Source of the DNA: Nitrosopumilus sp.
GTDB lineage: Archaea > Thermoproteota > Nitrososphaeria > Nitrososphaerales > Nitrosopumilaceae
Assembly (NCBI GenBank): GCA_965223425.1
Contig: OZ245003.1
Span: forward strand, 1,024,001 to 1,088,000
DNA: 64,000 nt
Direction of reading: 5' to 3'
Made by a program: the position numbers and the translations under genes. Of the stretch, positions 63,095-64,000 are shown one piece after another (position 1 is the stretch's first letter; each line of letters opens with the position of its first letter). The notes beneath the pieces are model-generated. The model saw nothing but the letters and a program-made list of their open reading frames with translations. It was not told where the DNA came from and did not search any database.

Positions 63095-63408
63095 GGCGTG
63101 TTGCATAATTTGTATTCCTTACGCCGATTTTTTTGCAGACTGAATCCTGGCCTCGACGGCATCTTGCAGTATTGTGGATATCCAAGGCCGTCTAGTGGAA
63201 TATATCAAAGTAATCTCCAAGAAACAGTCTTGTCTGGGGATTCCCTTCTATGATGATTCTCCAGTCCGGAATTTTGTGTGTATGTCCGGTATTATGAGGA
63301 TTTTGGCGTCGTGTACCATGCTATGATTGACACATGTGCGAATCTGTGTCCATCTACGCCATGCGGGATACTCCCAGCAATGCGCTAGGCGCAATTATGC
63401 GACACACC
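63095..63408. mobile_element. 314-bp MITE-like insertion in the fumC-nirK intergenic region
   Basis: GGCGTGTTGCATAATT / AATTATGCGACACACC inverted repeats (14/16); interior GC-richer than flanks; no clear TSD. Confidence 0.6.
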
Positions 63409-63454
63409 AACGGAATGGAAATTATTATATGGAGATCAAAAGTCACGATTGAAC

Positions 63455-64000
63455 ATGAATAAGCGTGTTAGCATGCTCTTTACAATTACAGCAGTAGCTG
63501 TGATGGGCGCAACCTTATTCGGAAGCACATACACACAAACCCAGATTGCTGGACAATCACTTGATGCATCTAAATTAGATGTTGACGTGCTTGAACAAAT
63601 CCATCAAATGGGAGGTTTACAGCTAGTAATGCCTCAAGCATTCGCAGAAACTGATTGTGGTGCACTTGAATCATCTGGACGCACTGTCGTCGAGTTTGAT
63701 CTTACTGGTGAAAGCGTTGAACTTCCAATTATGGGAGGAAAGACATACAACGCCATGACCTTTAGTGAACAAGTCCCAGGACCAACACTAAGAGTTACAC
63801 AAGGCGATGTCGTAAAAATGACACTTTCAATTCCAGCTGATGAAGTTACTGCTCACGGTAACGACATGCACTCATCACAAATATCTGCATTGGCTTTTGA
63901 CTCCGTTAATCCTGGAGAAACAAGTCAATACTGTTACATTGCTGAATCCGCAGGAGTTTTCAAATACCATTGCTCTGGTGTTCACTTGGTTGGAATGGAC
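63455..64000 (+). CDS. nirK: Copper nitrite reductase-like multicopper protein, 5' part
   Basis: Manual translation: signal peptide, YNAMTF..QVPGPTLRVTQGD, HGNDMH, GVFKYHCSG. Confidence 0.9.
   Translation, partial: MNKRVSMLFTITAVAVMGATLFGSTYTQTQIAGQSLDASKLDVDVLEQIHQMGGLQLVMPQAFAETDCGALESSGRTVVEFDLTGESVELPIMGGKTYNAMTFSEQVPGPTLRVTQGDVVKMTLSIPADEVTAHGNDMHSSQISALAFDSVNPGETSQYCYIAESAGVFKYHCSGVHLVGMD

Overview
Genomic segment of an ammonia-oxidising archaeon (Nitrosopumilaceae-like Thaumarchaeota). The AT-rich core carries DNA ligase, fbp, tuf-rps10-rpoP, 3HP/4HB carbon-fixation genes, iscA, dnaG, ribK/ribL, the LysW-dependent Lys/Arg cluster with dph5, a NitT/TauT ABC transporter, split MetH plus MetF, rpl39e/rpl31e, an FtsZ-like gene, mtaB, fumC and the 5' part of nirK. 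Three accessory zones interrupt it. (1) A 1291-bp element encodes only a TnpB nuclease with intact catalytic motifs, yet is bounded by perfect 25-bp terminal inverted repeats (TIRs) and an 8-bp target-site duplication (TSD), which points to DDE-type rather than IS200/IS605-type mobility; this is the strongest candidate for a new system. (2) A GC-rich island holds a 2872-aa surface protein with a 7-repeat propeller whose variation is confined to two loops. (3) A ~13.5-kb cluster of nested IS elements (ISH3-, IS630-, IS5-like and MITEs) forms a near-mirror B-C-A/A-C-B arrangement around an MNT-HEPN module, next to a RelE-type toxin-antitoxin (TA) pair. The IS load and giant surface protein suggest a host-associated lineage such as a sponge symbiont (inference). 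No rRNA, tRNA or CRISPR array was recognised. All calls come from manual reading and motif recognition, not database searches.
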